The position numbers and the translations under genes were made by a program. Below, one piece after another: positions 30,974 to 40,477 of a stretch of DNA of 64,000 bases (position 1 is the stretch's first letter; each line of letters begins with the position of its first letter). Below the pieces are notes generated by a model. The model was not told where the DNA came from, did not search any database, and saw only the letters and a list, made by a program, of their open reading frames with translations. This DNA comes from Patescibacteria group bacterium. Its GTDB lineage: Bacteria; Patescibacteriota; Dojkabacteria; J137. The stretch covers positions 671,118 to 735,117 of the forward strand of contig BOLA01000001.1 of the NCBI GenBank assembly GCA_016861265.1, written 5' to 3'.

Positions 30974-31648
30974 TTAAATGTTATTGATTATATCATTAAC
31001 ATCCAACTTTAGGCCAGCTCCCATAGTAGGGGAAACTGTAACTCTTTTGAATGGGTTAGATGATAATTTCTTAGCTTCTGAATGAACAGCTTTTAGTAGA
31101 GCCATTATGTTCTCATTTATACTATCTGCTGGCATATCAACTTTAGCAACTTTTAATCTGATAGCTCCTTGTTCAGGAATTGATTTGAAATTCAATCTAC
31201 CAGCTTTAAAGCTTTGTACAGCTTTCGCAATATCCATTGTAACTGTTCCGTTCTTTGGGTTTGGCATTAATCCTTTTGGTCCTAGAACTTTAGCTGCTTT
31301 AGCTATCTGACCCATCATAGCTGGGGTGGCGATAATAACGTCGAATGTGGCTTCTCCCGATATAATAGCATCAACTACTTTTACACCTGCCATATCAGCT
31401 CCTGCATCCAATGCTGCCTTCTCACTTTTTTCATCGCAGACTACTGCTACTTTTTTTGTGTCTCCCATAGAGTGAGGTAGAGTAACGCTTCCTCTTACTA
31501 TTTCTTTTTTTTGCTTTTCTTTTAAGTTTAAAACGATATCAATATCTACTGATCCTGCAAACTTACTTGTACTTACTTCAGGAAGTAATTTAGCAGCCTC
31601 TTCAACTGTATATGTTCTGTTTGTATTTATTTCTATATTTTTCTTCAT
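30974..31648 (-). CDS. rplA: 50S ribosomal protein L1
   Basis: L1 signature GPKGLMPNPK... Confidence 0.9.
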   Translation of the reverse strand: MKKNIEINTNRTYTVEEAAKLLPEVSTSKFAGSVDIDIVLNLKEKQKKEIVRGSVTLPHSMGDTKKVAVVCDEKSEKAALDAGADMAGVKVVDAIISGEATFDVIIATPAMMGQIAKAAKVLGPKGLMPNPKNGTVTMDIAKAVQSFKAGRLNFKSIPEQGAIRLKVAKVDMPADSINENIMALLKAVHSEAKKLSSNPFKRVTVSPTMGAGLKLDVNDIINNI

Positions 31649-31669
31649 ATTCTTAATTATTTTTTTAAC

Positions 31670-32095
31670 TTAATCGATAACTTCAGCACCTAAGCTCTTA
31701 GCTACACCTTCAACAATTCTCAATGCAGATGCTGGTTTTTTAGTGTTTAAGTCAGGCATTTTTCTCTCTGCAATTTCTTTTAGGTCTGCTTTTTTAATCT
31801 TTGCTACTTTTGCTTTGTTTGGAGTAGCTGATCCTTTTGCAATCTTAAATTTAGACTTAATCATACCGGCAACCGTTGGTTGTTTGTATGCAATTTTGTA
31901 GGATCTGTCTTTAAATACAGTTACAATAATCGGAATTACATCGTTGCCCATGCTAGCTGTTTTTGCGTTAAATTCAGTGCAGAATGGACCAATTGGGATT
32001 CCATTTTGACCTAATATTGGTCCGATTGGAGGTGCTGGATTTGCCTTTCCTGCCTGGATTTCTAATTTTATTACACTTACTATTTCTTTTGCCAT
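31670..32095 (-). CDS. rplK: 50S ribosomal protein L11
   Basis: AGKANPAPPIGPILGQ... Confidence 0.9.
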   Translation of the reverse strand: MAKEIVSVIKLEIQAGKANPAPPIGPILGQNGIPIGPFCTEFNAKTASMGNDVIPIIVTVFKDRSYKIAYKQPTVAGMIKSKFKIAKGSATPNKAKVAKIKKADLKEIAERKMPDLNTKKPASALRIVEGVAKSLGAEVID

Positions 32096-32117
32096 ATTCT
32101 TGAATTAAATAATGTTA

Positions 32118-32702
32118 TTAAATTTTTGATACTTGTAAAAAGTCTAATTGAACAGGAACATCTTGACCGAACATTGAAAGTAGAACGGTAACTTGTCCCT
32201 TTGCTTCGTTTATTTCTCTAACAGTTCCAACTATATCTTTGAATGGTCCTTCTACAACTTTTACTGCTTCACCTAATTGGAATTTATTATCAAATACCGG
32301 TGATTGTTTTACTTTAGTGAAAGCTAAGATTCCTTCGACTTCCTTTGAATTTAGTGGAGTAGGGGTCTTTGATTTTGCAGTTGTTCCTACAAAACCTGTA
32401 ACGCCTTCTGTGTTTCTAACTAAATAGAAAGTTTCTTCATCAGGAGACATTCTTACTAAAATGTATCCAGGGAATATTCGTTCTTCGATTGTTTGCTTCT
32501 TTCCTCTTTTTATTACAATTTTTTCCTGTGTAGGTACAACAACATCAGTTACTTTTTCTTCGTAGTTATTTGCCTTAATTCTTTGCTTAATCAATTCAGC
32601 AGTTTTATTCTCTTTACCTGAAGAGCTGGCAACTATGTACCACCTTAGGTTGTCTGCTGGTTTAATACTTTCTGGTTGTGTTTGTGTGTTATTTTCTTCC
32701 AT
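32118..32702 (-). CDS. nusG: Transcription antitermination factor NusG
   Basis: NGN domain (WYIV...) and a C-terminal KOW domain (GEAVKVVEGPFKDIVGTV). Confidence 0.85.
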   Translation of the reverse strand: MEENNTQTQPESIKPADNLRWYIVASSSGKENKTAELIKQRIKANNYEEKVTDVVVPTQEKIVIKRGKKQTIEERIFPGYILVRMSPDEETFYLVRNTEGVTGFVGTTAKSKTPTPLNSKEVEGILAFTKVKQSPVFDNKFQLGEAVKVVEGPFKDIVGTVREINEAKGQVTVLLSMFGQDVPVQLDFLQVSKI

Positions 32703-32923
32703 TAAACAGGTACAATTAAACTTCTAATTAATAATAATAGTCTGTCGATTAGTAAAATACCAATTGATCCAAATATTAAAAAAAGCATTAAGAATATTGT
32801 GTATCTTAAAACATCCCTGCCTTTTATCCATTTTACATAGTTTAGTTCTGTAAAAGTACTTTTTACAAATTTAACTAAGCTTTTTGGAAGGCCTAATATT
32901 TTATTTAAAACTTTTTTCAACAT
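32702..32923 (-). CDS. secE: Preprotein translocase subunit SecE
   Basis: 73-aa single-TM protein immediately upstream of nusG with the conserved SecE layout. Confidence 0.75.
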   Translation of the reverse strand: MLKKVLNKILGLPKSLVKFVKSTFTELNYVKWIKGRDVLRYTIFLMLFLIFGSIGILLIDRLLLLIRSLIVPV

Positions 32924-32940
32924 TTTGTATCTTTAATAAA

Positions 32941-33012
32941 CACGAGCGCTCAGGCTCGAACTGAGAGTTCCGGTTTTGGAGACCGGTGGTTTACCAATTA
33001 ACCGACGCTCGC
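32941..33012 (-). tRNA. tRNA-Trp (CCA)
   Basis: The minus-strand sequence reads GCGAGCGTCGGTTAATTGGTAAACCACCGGTCTCCAAAACCGG...GTTCGAGCC... with anticodon CCA. Its position upstream of secE is canonical. Confidence 0.85.
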
Positions 33013-33064
33013 AACTATTGGATTACCGGATTTTACTCCAATAACTCTCGCCCCACAACTCTGG

Positions 33065-33247
33065 TTACTTAACCTTCTTAGTTAATTTAAAATCAACGTG
33101 CTTTTTAAGCTTTTTGCTAAACTTTTTAACTGGCTTATCAGCTAGTTTCTCGTATGCTTCCTTGCCTAATCTGATAGTATAGTGTTCTCCTGTTTCGCTA
33201 TTGTAAAATCTATATACATTTTGCTTTTTCTTTTTTGCGCCAGCCAT
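33065..33247 (-). CDS. rpmG: 50S ribosomal protein L33
   Basis: 60-aa basic protein. C-terminal KKFSKKLKKHVDFK matches the L33 pattern. Synteny with tRNA-Trp-secE-nusG supports the call. Confidence 0.6.
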   Translation of the reverse strand: MAGAKKKKQNVYRFYNSETGEHYTIRLGKEAYEKLADKPVKKFSKKLKKHVDFKLTKKVK

Positions 33248-33325
33248 AGATAAGTCCCTAATTAATGTAAATTCTCAATTGTTAGCACCTATAAGCTAAC
33301 AACAAAGCTCGGTAATTATAAACCG

Positions 33326-34192
33326 TCACCCGCTTTTATTCAATATTATATACGAATTTTTGCTATTTTCTGTGTCAATTTCTGTAATTTCCTTTTTCAG
33401 GTTTATTTTTATATCTCCATCAACATTTGTCTGTAAAAAGTCTATTTCTAGTCGTTTCAGATATTCTAAGACCTGAGAGTTAGGGTGTCCATAAGAATTC
33501 TTTCCTACAGATATAATAGCAATAGTAGGGTTAACTTTAGTAAGAAAATCAAAAGTTGAGGAATTCTTGCTTCCGTGATGACTTATTTTAAGTATATCAA
33601 TATTAGAAATATTGAATTTAGATTGTAATAGATTCTCATATTTTGACCCCAGATCGCCTGCCAGAAAGAATTTTGTATTCTTATTCGTAATTAATAATGC
33701 CGTAGAGGTATCGTTGCTGTTTATTGTATTTAAATTGATTTCAAGGGATGGCCAAAGGACGTCAAAAAGAAAGTCTCCGAATACGAAATCATTATTTTCT
33801 CTAAGTTCAAAGATTTCTACTTGTACACTTTTTAATGTGCTTAGTAGTTCACTGGCTTTCTCAGTTTGCGCAAGGAATATCTTCTCTGTTCCGATATTTT
33901 TAACTATGTTATACAGTTCCCCGCTGTGATCTTTGTCGGGATGGGTAATTAATATAAAGGATAAGGGTTTATAGGTATATTTTCTAATCTCTTCGATTAC
34001 TTTGCTGGATTTCCCAGTATCAATAAGACCACAGTTTGAATTGCTTGAGCATATTAAGCTTGCATCTCCTTGTCCAATGTTTAGGAATATAATCTGGTTC
34101 TCCGTTTTTAGTAAGACCCTATTAATTAGGAATGGTGCAATGCCTATAATTAGTCCGAAGAGTACATAGTTAATTGAATTTCTGATATTCAT
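33326..34192 (-). CDS. comEC: ComEC/Rec2 C-terminal metallo-beta-lactamase domain. Split from the upstream ORF.
   Basis: IIFLNIGQGDASLI...ILITHPDKDHSGEL. It overlaps the upstream competence-domain ORF by 23 nt in a different frame. Confidence 0.7.
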   Translation of the reverse strand: MNIRNSINYVLFGLIIGIAPFLINRVLLKTENQIIFLNIGQGDASLICSSNSNCGLIDTGKSSKVIEEIRKYTYKPLSFILITHPDKDHSGELYNIVKNIGTEKIFLAQTEKASELLSTLKSVQVEIFELRENNDFVFGDFLFDVLWPSLEINLNTINSNDTSTALLITNKNTKFFLAGDLGSKYENLLQSKFNISNIDILKISHHGSKNSSTFDFLTKVNPTIAIISVGKNSYGHPNSQVLEYLKRLEIDFLQTNVDGDIKINLKKEITEIDTENSKNSYIILNKSG

Positions 34193-35132
34193 AAGATTTC
34201 AATCTGATTTGTGATTTGAAGATTAGAGCTAATATAGCTAAAAATATAATTATTTGTAACTGTGAGTTGTATAAAGATTCCAACTCTTTAAAATATTTAA
34301 AAATAAAATCTACCATTAGTGTGATCATATTTACCAATAGGTCAAAGCTAATCGAAAAGAAGCTAAGAATAAAATGCAAGAAAGTAAATACAAAGATAAG
34401 GGGGTAGAGTATAGAAAATAATAAATTAGCTAAAAAATCTGGTGACTGTGAATTGAAGATAGTTGTTGTGATCAAAAATATAAGTAATATTCGCTTAAGT
34501 TCACTATTAAAAAGGGTACTGAGTGGTTTTTGTCCAAGTAGGTGATAGAAAATTGCAAAGCCTTGACTTAATAAGAAGCTATTCGTAAAAAGAAGTTCAG
34601 GTCTTAGTATAAGTGTCACCAAGACTGTTATGACTACTGTACGATGGAATTTTATGGGTCTACCCACTAGCTTAGAGTAATTATTAATGGAGGAGTTGGT
34701 ATATGCTCTCAAGGCCGGTGCATTGTTAAAGCCAATCAAAAAAAAGTAAAGAGTAAATATAATTAGGCTTAGAAATACTAGAATTCTTTTATTAATAATA
34801 TAGTTAAACTTGTCGAGTAAGGACTGTATTAAAGAAAAATTGGCTCCGGATATACTTATTGCGTGGAGTAAGTTAAATCTTTTAAAGCTGGTATAAATAT
34901 CCTTGGGTAAATTTTGATTAGTAATTCCAATTAGTATAGAAGCTATAAATAGTGATTGGTTGTCTTTAAATGTTTTATCTATAAAACTGTAAAAAGTTAG
35001 ATATAAAATCTGCTGAATGTCTGACAGTATTGATTTTACTTCTTGGGAGTGTATCGTTAATCTGAGTAACACTAATATAACAAGTAGACTTACTAGATTC
35101 TTTAAGTTTAGACGAATAAGAAGATCTCTCAC
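34170..35132 (-). CDS. comEC: ComEC/Rec2 membrane 'Competence' domain (N-terminal part of a split or frameshifted comEC)
   Basis: Polytopic membrane protein with the competence-domain pattern (LHAISISGANFSLI). Confidence 0.65.
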   Translation of the reverse strand: MRDLLIRLNLKNLVSLLVILVLLRLTIHSQEVKSILSDIQQILYLTFYSFIDKTFKDNQSLFIASILIGITNQNLPKDIYTSFKRFNLLHAISISGANFSLIQSLLDKFNYIINKRILVFLSLIIFTLYFFLIGFNNAPALRAYTNSSINNYSKLVGRPIKFHRTVVITVLVTLILRPELLFTNSFLLSQGFAIFYHLLGQKPLSTLFNSELKRILLIFLITTTIFNSQSPDFLANLLFSILYPLIFVFTFLHFILSFFSISFDLLVNMITLMVDFIFKYFKELESLYNSQLQIIIFLAILALIFKSQIRLKSYEYQKFN

Positions 35133-35314
35133 TGAATATAAATTAATTTAGGGAGGGTATCTATGAAAACTAACTGATCAGTTTCTTCTTCTAGAATTAG
35201 AAATAGAAGAAATATAGAAAGAATAATTAGGAGTAGAAATGTTAACTTTTGAGACTTCATAATATTTGATATTTCTATCAAATATTATGCTAATGATTTT
35301 ACAACCTTCTTACA

Positions 35315-36052
35315 TTAGTTTTCTGTGATCTCTACTGACTGAATAACAATATCGACGGTTGGTAGATAGCTGCTGTTATCTACTACAGAAATATTGTTAA
35401 TTCTATCTAAGGTCTCGAATCCCGATTTTACTTCACCGATTACAGTATAGAAGCCATTCAGATCAGCAAGTCTAGAATCAGTGTTCTCTCCGGTTACAAT
35501 AAAAAATTGTGAGCTATTGGTATTTGCTCCATCATTAGCCATTGCTATACTATATTTGGATAAATTTTTTGAGATTACACTAGTATTTGATTGGTAACCT
35601 TGTCCCACAAGTGCAGCTCTTTTTTCTTCCGTTAGATTCAAGTAATCCCAATTCACTTCATCAGCAGTTAAGTAAGTTGTCTTACCTTTCCCATATGAAG
35701 ATGTGTCTGCAGTAAGTGTATTTCTATCGCCTCCTTGAATTAATAAGTCTTTTACAATTCTATGGAATTTGGTGCCCTTATAATACTCTTTATTAGAAAG
35801 ATACACAAAGTTATTAACATTCTCAGGGGCGCATTTGGCACATAGCTCAATAGTAATGTCTCCCTGATTTGTAGTTATTTTAGCTATGTAAGGTTTGTCT
35901 ACACTAATAGTTAATGCTGGCTTTGCTAGGTTTGCAGGAATATCAATAGGTTTATTTCTCTGTGCCATGAACTGGGTTCCTAGCACAATTAGTATTCCGA
36001 ACATTATTATAATCCCTACAAGATAAATCCCTGTACTTCTATTATTATCCAT
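35315..36052 (-). CDS. Peptidyl-prolyl cis-trans isomerase, cyclophilin type, membrane-anchored
   Basis: GTKFHRIVKDLLIQGGD cyclophilin signature and an N-terminal TM helix. Confidence 0.8.
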   Translation of the reverse strand: MDNNRSTGIYLVGIIIMFGILIVLGTQFMAQRNKPIDIPANLAKPALTISVDKPYIAKITTNQGDITIELCAKCAPENVNNFVYLSNKEYYKGTKFHRIVKDLLIQGGDRNTLTADTSSYGKGKTTYLTADEVNWDYLNLTEEKRAALVGQGYQSNTSVISKNLSKYSIAMANDGANTNSSQFFIVTGENTDSRLADLNGFYTVIGEVKSGFETLDRINNISVVDNSSYLPTVDIVIQSVEITEN

Positions 36053-36764
36053 TTGATTTTATTTCTTTGTAATTTTCTCTTAAATAATTATACATAACAA
36101 TAGCAGATGCTACGCTCATGTTTAGTGAGTTTACTTTCCCGAATTGAGGTATTTCTAATAAACCATCGCACTTTTCAATTACAGGTGCCGATAGTCCCTT
36201 ATCTTCGGATCCGATTATAAATAGTGAAGTCAATGGAGTAGTGGTTTCGAATATATTGCTTCCACCCCTTTCAATCCCAAAAACAAAGTATCCGTTGTCC
36301 TTGAAGGTCTTTATTGTATTGAATATAGGGTTTCTGATTATTGGAATATTGAATACTGCGCCTGTAGATATCTTAGCTATGATTGGAGTGATCTTGATAT
36401 CCGATGGAATAATTACGCCTGCAAAGCCAGCACACTCAGCAGTTCTTATAATTGCACCTACATTATGTTCGTAAGTTGCATCTGAAATATATATAAATGC
36501 ATTCTTTGCACTTGGTAGTATATCTCTTAGTGAATTCTCACGAAACGTAACTTTTAAGGCAACACCTTGGGTCTCTTCAGAGTTGGCTAACTTCTTTAAT
36601 TCTTTGCTGCTAAGGGTTCTTATTGCTATATCCTGCTTTTGTGCAAGGGATTTTATAGTCTCAATCTTGGAGTCCAAGTGTATATCTGATTGCAAAAATA
36701 ATTCCTCGCAGTTATGCGAGGAATTTAGTGCTTCAATTATAGTATTTCTACCATAAATAATCAT
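36045..36764 (-). CDS. rlmB: SpoU/TrmH-family RNA 2'-O-methyltransferase (RlmB-like)
   Basis: N-terminal substrate-binding domain and C-terminal SPOUT motifs (IIGSEDKGLS; SLNMSVASAIVMY). Confidence 0.75.
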   Translation of the reverse strand: MIIYGRNTIIEALNSSHNCEELFLQSDIHLDSKIETIKSLAQKQDIAIRTLSSKELKKLANSEETQGVALKVTFRENSLRDILPSAKNAFIYISDATYEHNVGAIIRTAECAGFAGVIIPSDIKITPIIAKISTGAVFNIPIIRNPIFNTIKTFKDNGYFVFGIERGGSNIFETTTPLTSLFIIGSEDKGLSAPVIEKCDGLLEIPQFGKVNSLNMSVASAIVMYNYLRENYKEIKSNG

Positions 36765-36782
36765 ATTTATAGGTGTGTTGAA

Positions 36783-37031
36783 TTAATGACTATGATTATG
36801 TTCAACTTCAGCCATCTTTCGTAGTCTCTTATATGCTTTCATTGAGATCTTTACTCTTTTTGTCTGACCGTTTACTTCTAATTTTACTTTTCTTAGGTTT
36901 GGCTTCCATGTTCTCTTAGTGTTAGGCGCCTTAAATCTCCAAGTTCCTCCTCCTCCGGATGAACCTCTTCTGTGTTTATGACTTCCACCAAAAGCTGTTT
37001 TCTTACCTGTTATTTCACAAACTCTTGACAT
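36783..37031 (-). CDS. rpmB: 50S ribosomal protein L28, with a Gly-rich insertion and a His-rich tail
   Basis: MSRVCEITGKK...KPNLRKVKL resembles L28. Confidence 0.7.
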   Translation of the reverse strand: MSRVCEITGKKTAFGGSHKHRRGSSGGGGTWRFKAPNTKRTWKPNLRKVKLEVNGQTKRVKISMKAYKRLRKMAEVEHNHSH

Positions 37032-37239
37032 TGGATAATTACTAATATATTAATATTTCTTAATCGCTTTGGAATTTTAATCGATTTTAGGCTTTTTTAC
37101 AATCTAAAATGAATAATTTCATATTATTAATCTTTATTTTATATAAGTAATAGAGTATATTCATTTTACTAAAAGTGCGACTAATTTTTATTCGTAGACA
37201 GTAAGAATTGTTTCGGATATAATTACCAAGCCTTTAAGG

Positions 37240-37311
37240 GCCACTCTAGCTCAGTGGTAGAGCAGCTGTTTTGTAAACAGCGGGTCGTGGGTTCGAGTCC
37301 CTCGAGTGGCT
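37240..37311 (+). tRNA. tRNA-Thr (TGT)
   Basis: Acceptor GCCACTC/GAGTGGC and anticodon loop TTTGTAA. Confidence 0.85.
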
Positions 37312-37325
37312 GTTATTCTTTAAAA

Positions 37326-37409
37326 CCGGAGATGGCGGAGCGGTCAATCGCACCTGACTGTAAATCAGGCGTCCTAAGGACTTCGGAGGTTCAAATCCTT
37401 CTCTCCGGA
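37326..37409 (+). tRNA. tRNA-Tyr (GTA) with a long variable arm
   Basis: Acceptor CCGGAGA/TCTCCGG, anticodon loop CTGTAAA and a long extra arm. Confidence 0.85.
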
Positions 37410-37428
37410 TTTTTTCAACACTTCATGG

Positions 37429-37501
37429 GCCGTTATAGCTCAGTTGGTAGAGCACACCCATGGTAAGGGTGGGGTCTGCAGTTCAAGTCTGCATAACGGC
37501 T
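37429..37501 (+). tRNA. tRNA-Thr (GGT)
   Basis: Acceptor GCCGTTA/TAACGGC and anticodon loop ATGGTAA. Confidence 0.85.
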
Positions 37502-37555
37502 ATCTCTATCATCTGCTATCATATATATAATTGTTAAGTTTTCATTATTATATAA

Positions 37556-38611
37556 ATGACATTTTTTGATAATCTGCTGGCTAAATTTTCAAATGATATT
37601 GCAATAGATTTAGGTACTGCAAATATTAGGGTTCAGGTTAAAGGTAAAAAAGATATCATTAAAGAACCATCGATTATTGCTATAAATACTGCTAACGGAA
37701 AAGTACTCTCAGTAGGTTCTCATGCCAGAAGTATGATCGGTAGAACGCCTTCTAATGTAAAAGCAATTCAGCCATTAAAAAACGGCGTAATTTCTGATTT
37801 TAATGCAACAGAAGCACTAATTAAGCACTTTATTACAAGAATAAACAAAGACTCTGGGATTTTAGCTAAGATAATTAGACCTAGGGTAGTGATTGGTGTG
37901 CCAACTTCTGTAACAGAAGTTGAGATTAATTCCGTAATTGATTCAGCAAGGTCCGCTGGTGCACGGAGAGTTTACATAGTTGAGGAGCCCATGGCTGCTG
38001 CAATTGGTGCAGATCTGAAAATAGATACGGCTAGTGGTAGTATGATTGTTGATATTGGCGGGGGGACTGCAGACATCGCTCTTATTTCTTTGGGAGGGAT
38101 AATTAAAGATAATACAATTAAAGTTGCAGGTGATGAAATGGATAATGCAATAATTGACTACGTCAAAAATAAATATAACCTTTTAATTGGGATAAAACTT
38201 GCCGAGGATATTAAGATAAACTATGCTTCGGCAATTTCAAAAAATCCAGAGACAAAGATTGAATTAAGTGGTCAAGATCTTATAAGTGGTCTACCTAAAT
38301 CTACAAAGATTTCAAGACCCGAAGTAACAGAAGCGTTAATGCCAGTTCTCGAAAAAATTATTAGTGGTATACGCGAAGCATTAGAGTCAGTTCCTCCTGA
38401 AATATTATCTGATTTACTTAAAAGCGGAATTTATTTATCGGGTGGGGGAGCATTGATTGAGGATATAGATAAGTTATTTTCAGCTAAGCTAAAAGTTCCT
38501 TTCAAAATAGCAACCAATCCATCTTTGTGTGTTACCAACGGAATATCAAAGATGATGGAAAGGGTAGACTTACTAGAAAGACATCAGATTAAAGATCTAA
38601 TTCTTAAATAA
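37556..38611 (+). CDS. mreB: Rod shape-determining actin homolog MreB (intact copy)
   Basis: Contains IAIDLGTANIRV, RVYIVEEPMAAAIGA and DIGGGTADIA. Confidence 0.9.
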   Translation: MTFFDNLLAKFSNDIAIDLGTANIRVQVKGKKDIIKEPSIIAINTANGKVLSVGSHARSMIGRTPSNVKAIQPLKNGVISDFNATEALIKHFITRINKDSGILAKIIRPRVVIGVPTSVTEVEINSVIDSARSAGARRVYIVEEPMAAAIGADLKIDTASGSMIVDIGGGTADIALISLGGIIKDNTIKVAGDEMDNAIIDYVKNKYNLLIGIKLAEDIKINYASAISKNPETKIELSGQDLISGLPKSTKISRPEVTEALMPVLEKIISGIREALESVPPEILSDLLKSGIYLSGGGALIEDIDKLFSAKLKVPFKIATNPSLCVTNGISKMMERVDLLERHQIKDLILK

Positions 38612-40443
38612 TGAGTAGAATAGATATTTTCAAAATTGATCTTCAGACAAACCAATACGAAAAAGGAAATAGGTTAACTTTGCCACTGGTTTATATTTGT
38701 CTCATTTTTATAACTTTCTTTGCAATCGGATTAAGAGGGGCAGATTTGCAGATAAACGCTAGTTCAGATTTATATAAGAATTCCTATAATTTATCTTCCA
38801 CTAAAGAATTTATTCCTGCACAACGAGGCTTGTTTCTCGATAGAAATAAGGACTTATTAGTTAATAACTATAATGACTATTCCCTTTATTTGTATAAAAA
38901 GGAATATTCTGTCAAAGATTATGAGATTATAAAAGATAATTTGAAGACTATTTTAGATGATGAAGAGATTAGTTTCTATCTTAGTAGATTAGATAATAGT
39001 GAATACGATATAAAGTTAAAAGAAAATGTTAGCTATGTTGAACTAAATTCTATTATGTCTAGGGATGAATCTAAACTCTATTTCTATTCAGTAAATACCC
39101 AGAAGCGAAAATATTTATATCCTGAAGAGTTTTCTCATGTAATTGGATACACTGGCAAAACTGAGGCTGCAAATATTAAGGACGGATATTCACAATTTGA
39201 CTCAATTGGAAAATATAAGCTTGAATTACAATTTGAGCAGCAACTTAAAGGAGTAAAGGGAGCTACATACAGTATTGATGGCAGTAAGAATACTATTCCC
39301 TCAGAGGCAGGTAACAATATTCAGCTTACCATAGATAAAGACTGGCAAGTTGCGCTTTATAAAATTATTAAACAATACTCAAATCAATACAACTCGGCCG
39401 GAGGTGCCGGAGTTATAGTTGACGATTCTAACGGAGACGTAATTGCTTTAGTAAGTTATCCAGGAATTGACACTAATCTGTTTATATCTGGAATTACTGA
39501 AAGCAAATATTCTGAGTATTCAACAGATAGGAAGCTGCCACTAATTGATAAAGCAATAGCTCTGCAGATCGCTCCTGGCTCAACTTTTAAGCTAATTACT
39601 TCGTATGCTTTATTAGAGAATAATATTGTGGATGAAAACACTACATATTTTTCAAATAGGTGTCTAGAAGAGGAGAATTTCGATTTCTGTGAGTATCAAA
39701 AATACTTCTACGGCCAAATGAATGTTGTAAGGGCACTATACAAATCAAGTAATTTATTTTTCTGCGTTAATTCACTTAAACTTGAAGATCAAGGGAATTT
39801 AGCTAAACTTTTTGAAGCCGAAAGTACATTTGGACTAGGGCAGAAGACTGGAATTGATTTAGCAGGAGAACTACCCGGTAATATAGATACTCCAGAATAT
39901 AAAAAGAGTAATTTTAATCTAGAATGGTACTCAGGTGATACTTGTAATGCAGTCATAGGGCAAGGGTCAAATACTGTTACACCAATTCAAATGGCTCTTG
40001 TCGCCCAAGCAATAGCCAATAAAGGTACTGTATATAAGCCAAATCTAATAGAGAAAATAACAGATTCCTTCGGGAATACTATTGAAATGCCAGAAAAGAA
40101 AGTATTAAGAACTATACCTATGTCCGATGTGACAGTTAGCTTGATTAATGAAGGTATGAGTATGGTAGCAAATTATTGGGACGGAACATTGTATCCCTTC
40201 CTAGGTGGCCTTCCTGGTAATATAAGGGCCAAGACTGGTACAGCTGAGGCTAGTGAGTTCTTAGCAGATGGCTCTATTAATAACACTACACACGGTTGGA
40301 TTGTCGGTTCATTTGATTATGGAGGTAAGACCTACTCTTTTTCAAGTGTTCTAAACTTAGGTGGAGGTGGCTTCTATGTTGGGCAAATAACAAGGGACTT
40401 TATTAATTGTCTATATTCAAACTTCCCAGAGTCATGTAAGTAA
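38611..40443 (+). CDS. mrdA: Penicillin-binding protein 2 (class B transpeptidase)
   Basis: N-terminal TM helix and the transpeptidase motifs STFK, SSN and KTGTA. Confidence 0.85.
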   Translation: MSRIDIFKIDLQTNQYEKGNRLTLPLVYICLIFITFFAIGLRGADLQINASSDLYKNSYNLSSTKEFIPAQRGLFLDRNKDLLVNNYNDYSLYLYKKEYSVKDYEIIKDNLKTILDDEEISFYLSRLDNSEYDIKLKENVSYVELNSIMSRDESKLYFYSVNTQKRKYLYPEEFSHVIGYTGKTEAANIKDGYSQFDSIGKYKLELQFEQQLKGVKGATYSIDGSKNTIPSEAGNNIQLTIDKDWQVALYKIIKQYSNQYNSAGGAGVIVDDSNGDVIALVSYPGIDTNLFISGITESKYSEYSTDRKLPLIDKAIALQIAPGSTFKLITSYALLENNIVDENTTYFSNRCLEEENFDFCEYQKYFYGQMNVVRALYKSSNLFFCVNSLKLEDQGNLAKLFEAESTFGLGQKTGIDLAGELPGNIDTPEYKKSNFNLEWYSGDTCNAVIGQGSNTVTPIQMALVAQAIANKGTVYKPNLIEKITDSFGNTIEMPEKKVLRTIPMSDVTVSLINEGMSMVANYWDGTLYPFLGGLPGNIRAKTGTAEASEFLADGSINNTTHGWIVGSFDYGGKTYSFSSVLNLGGGGFYVGQITRDFINCLYSNFPESCK

Positions 40444-40477
40444 GAGTTTTGTAAAAGTAGTTTCCTAAACTATTTAA

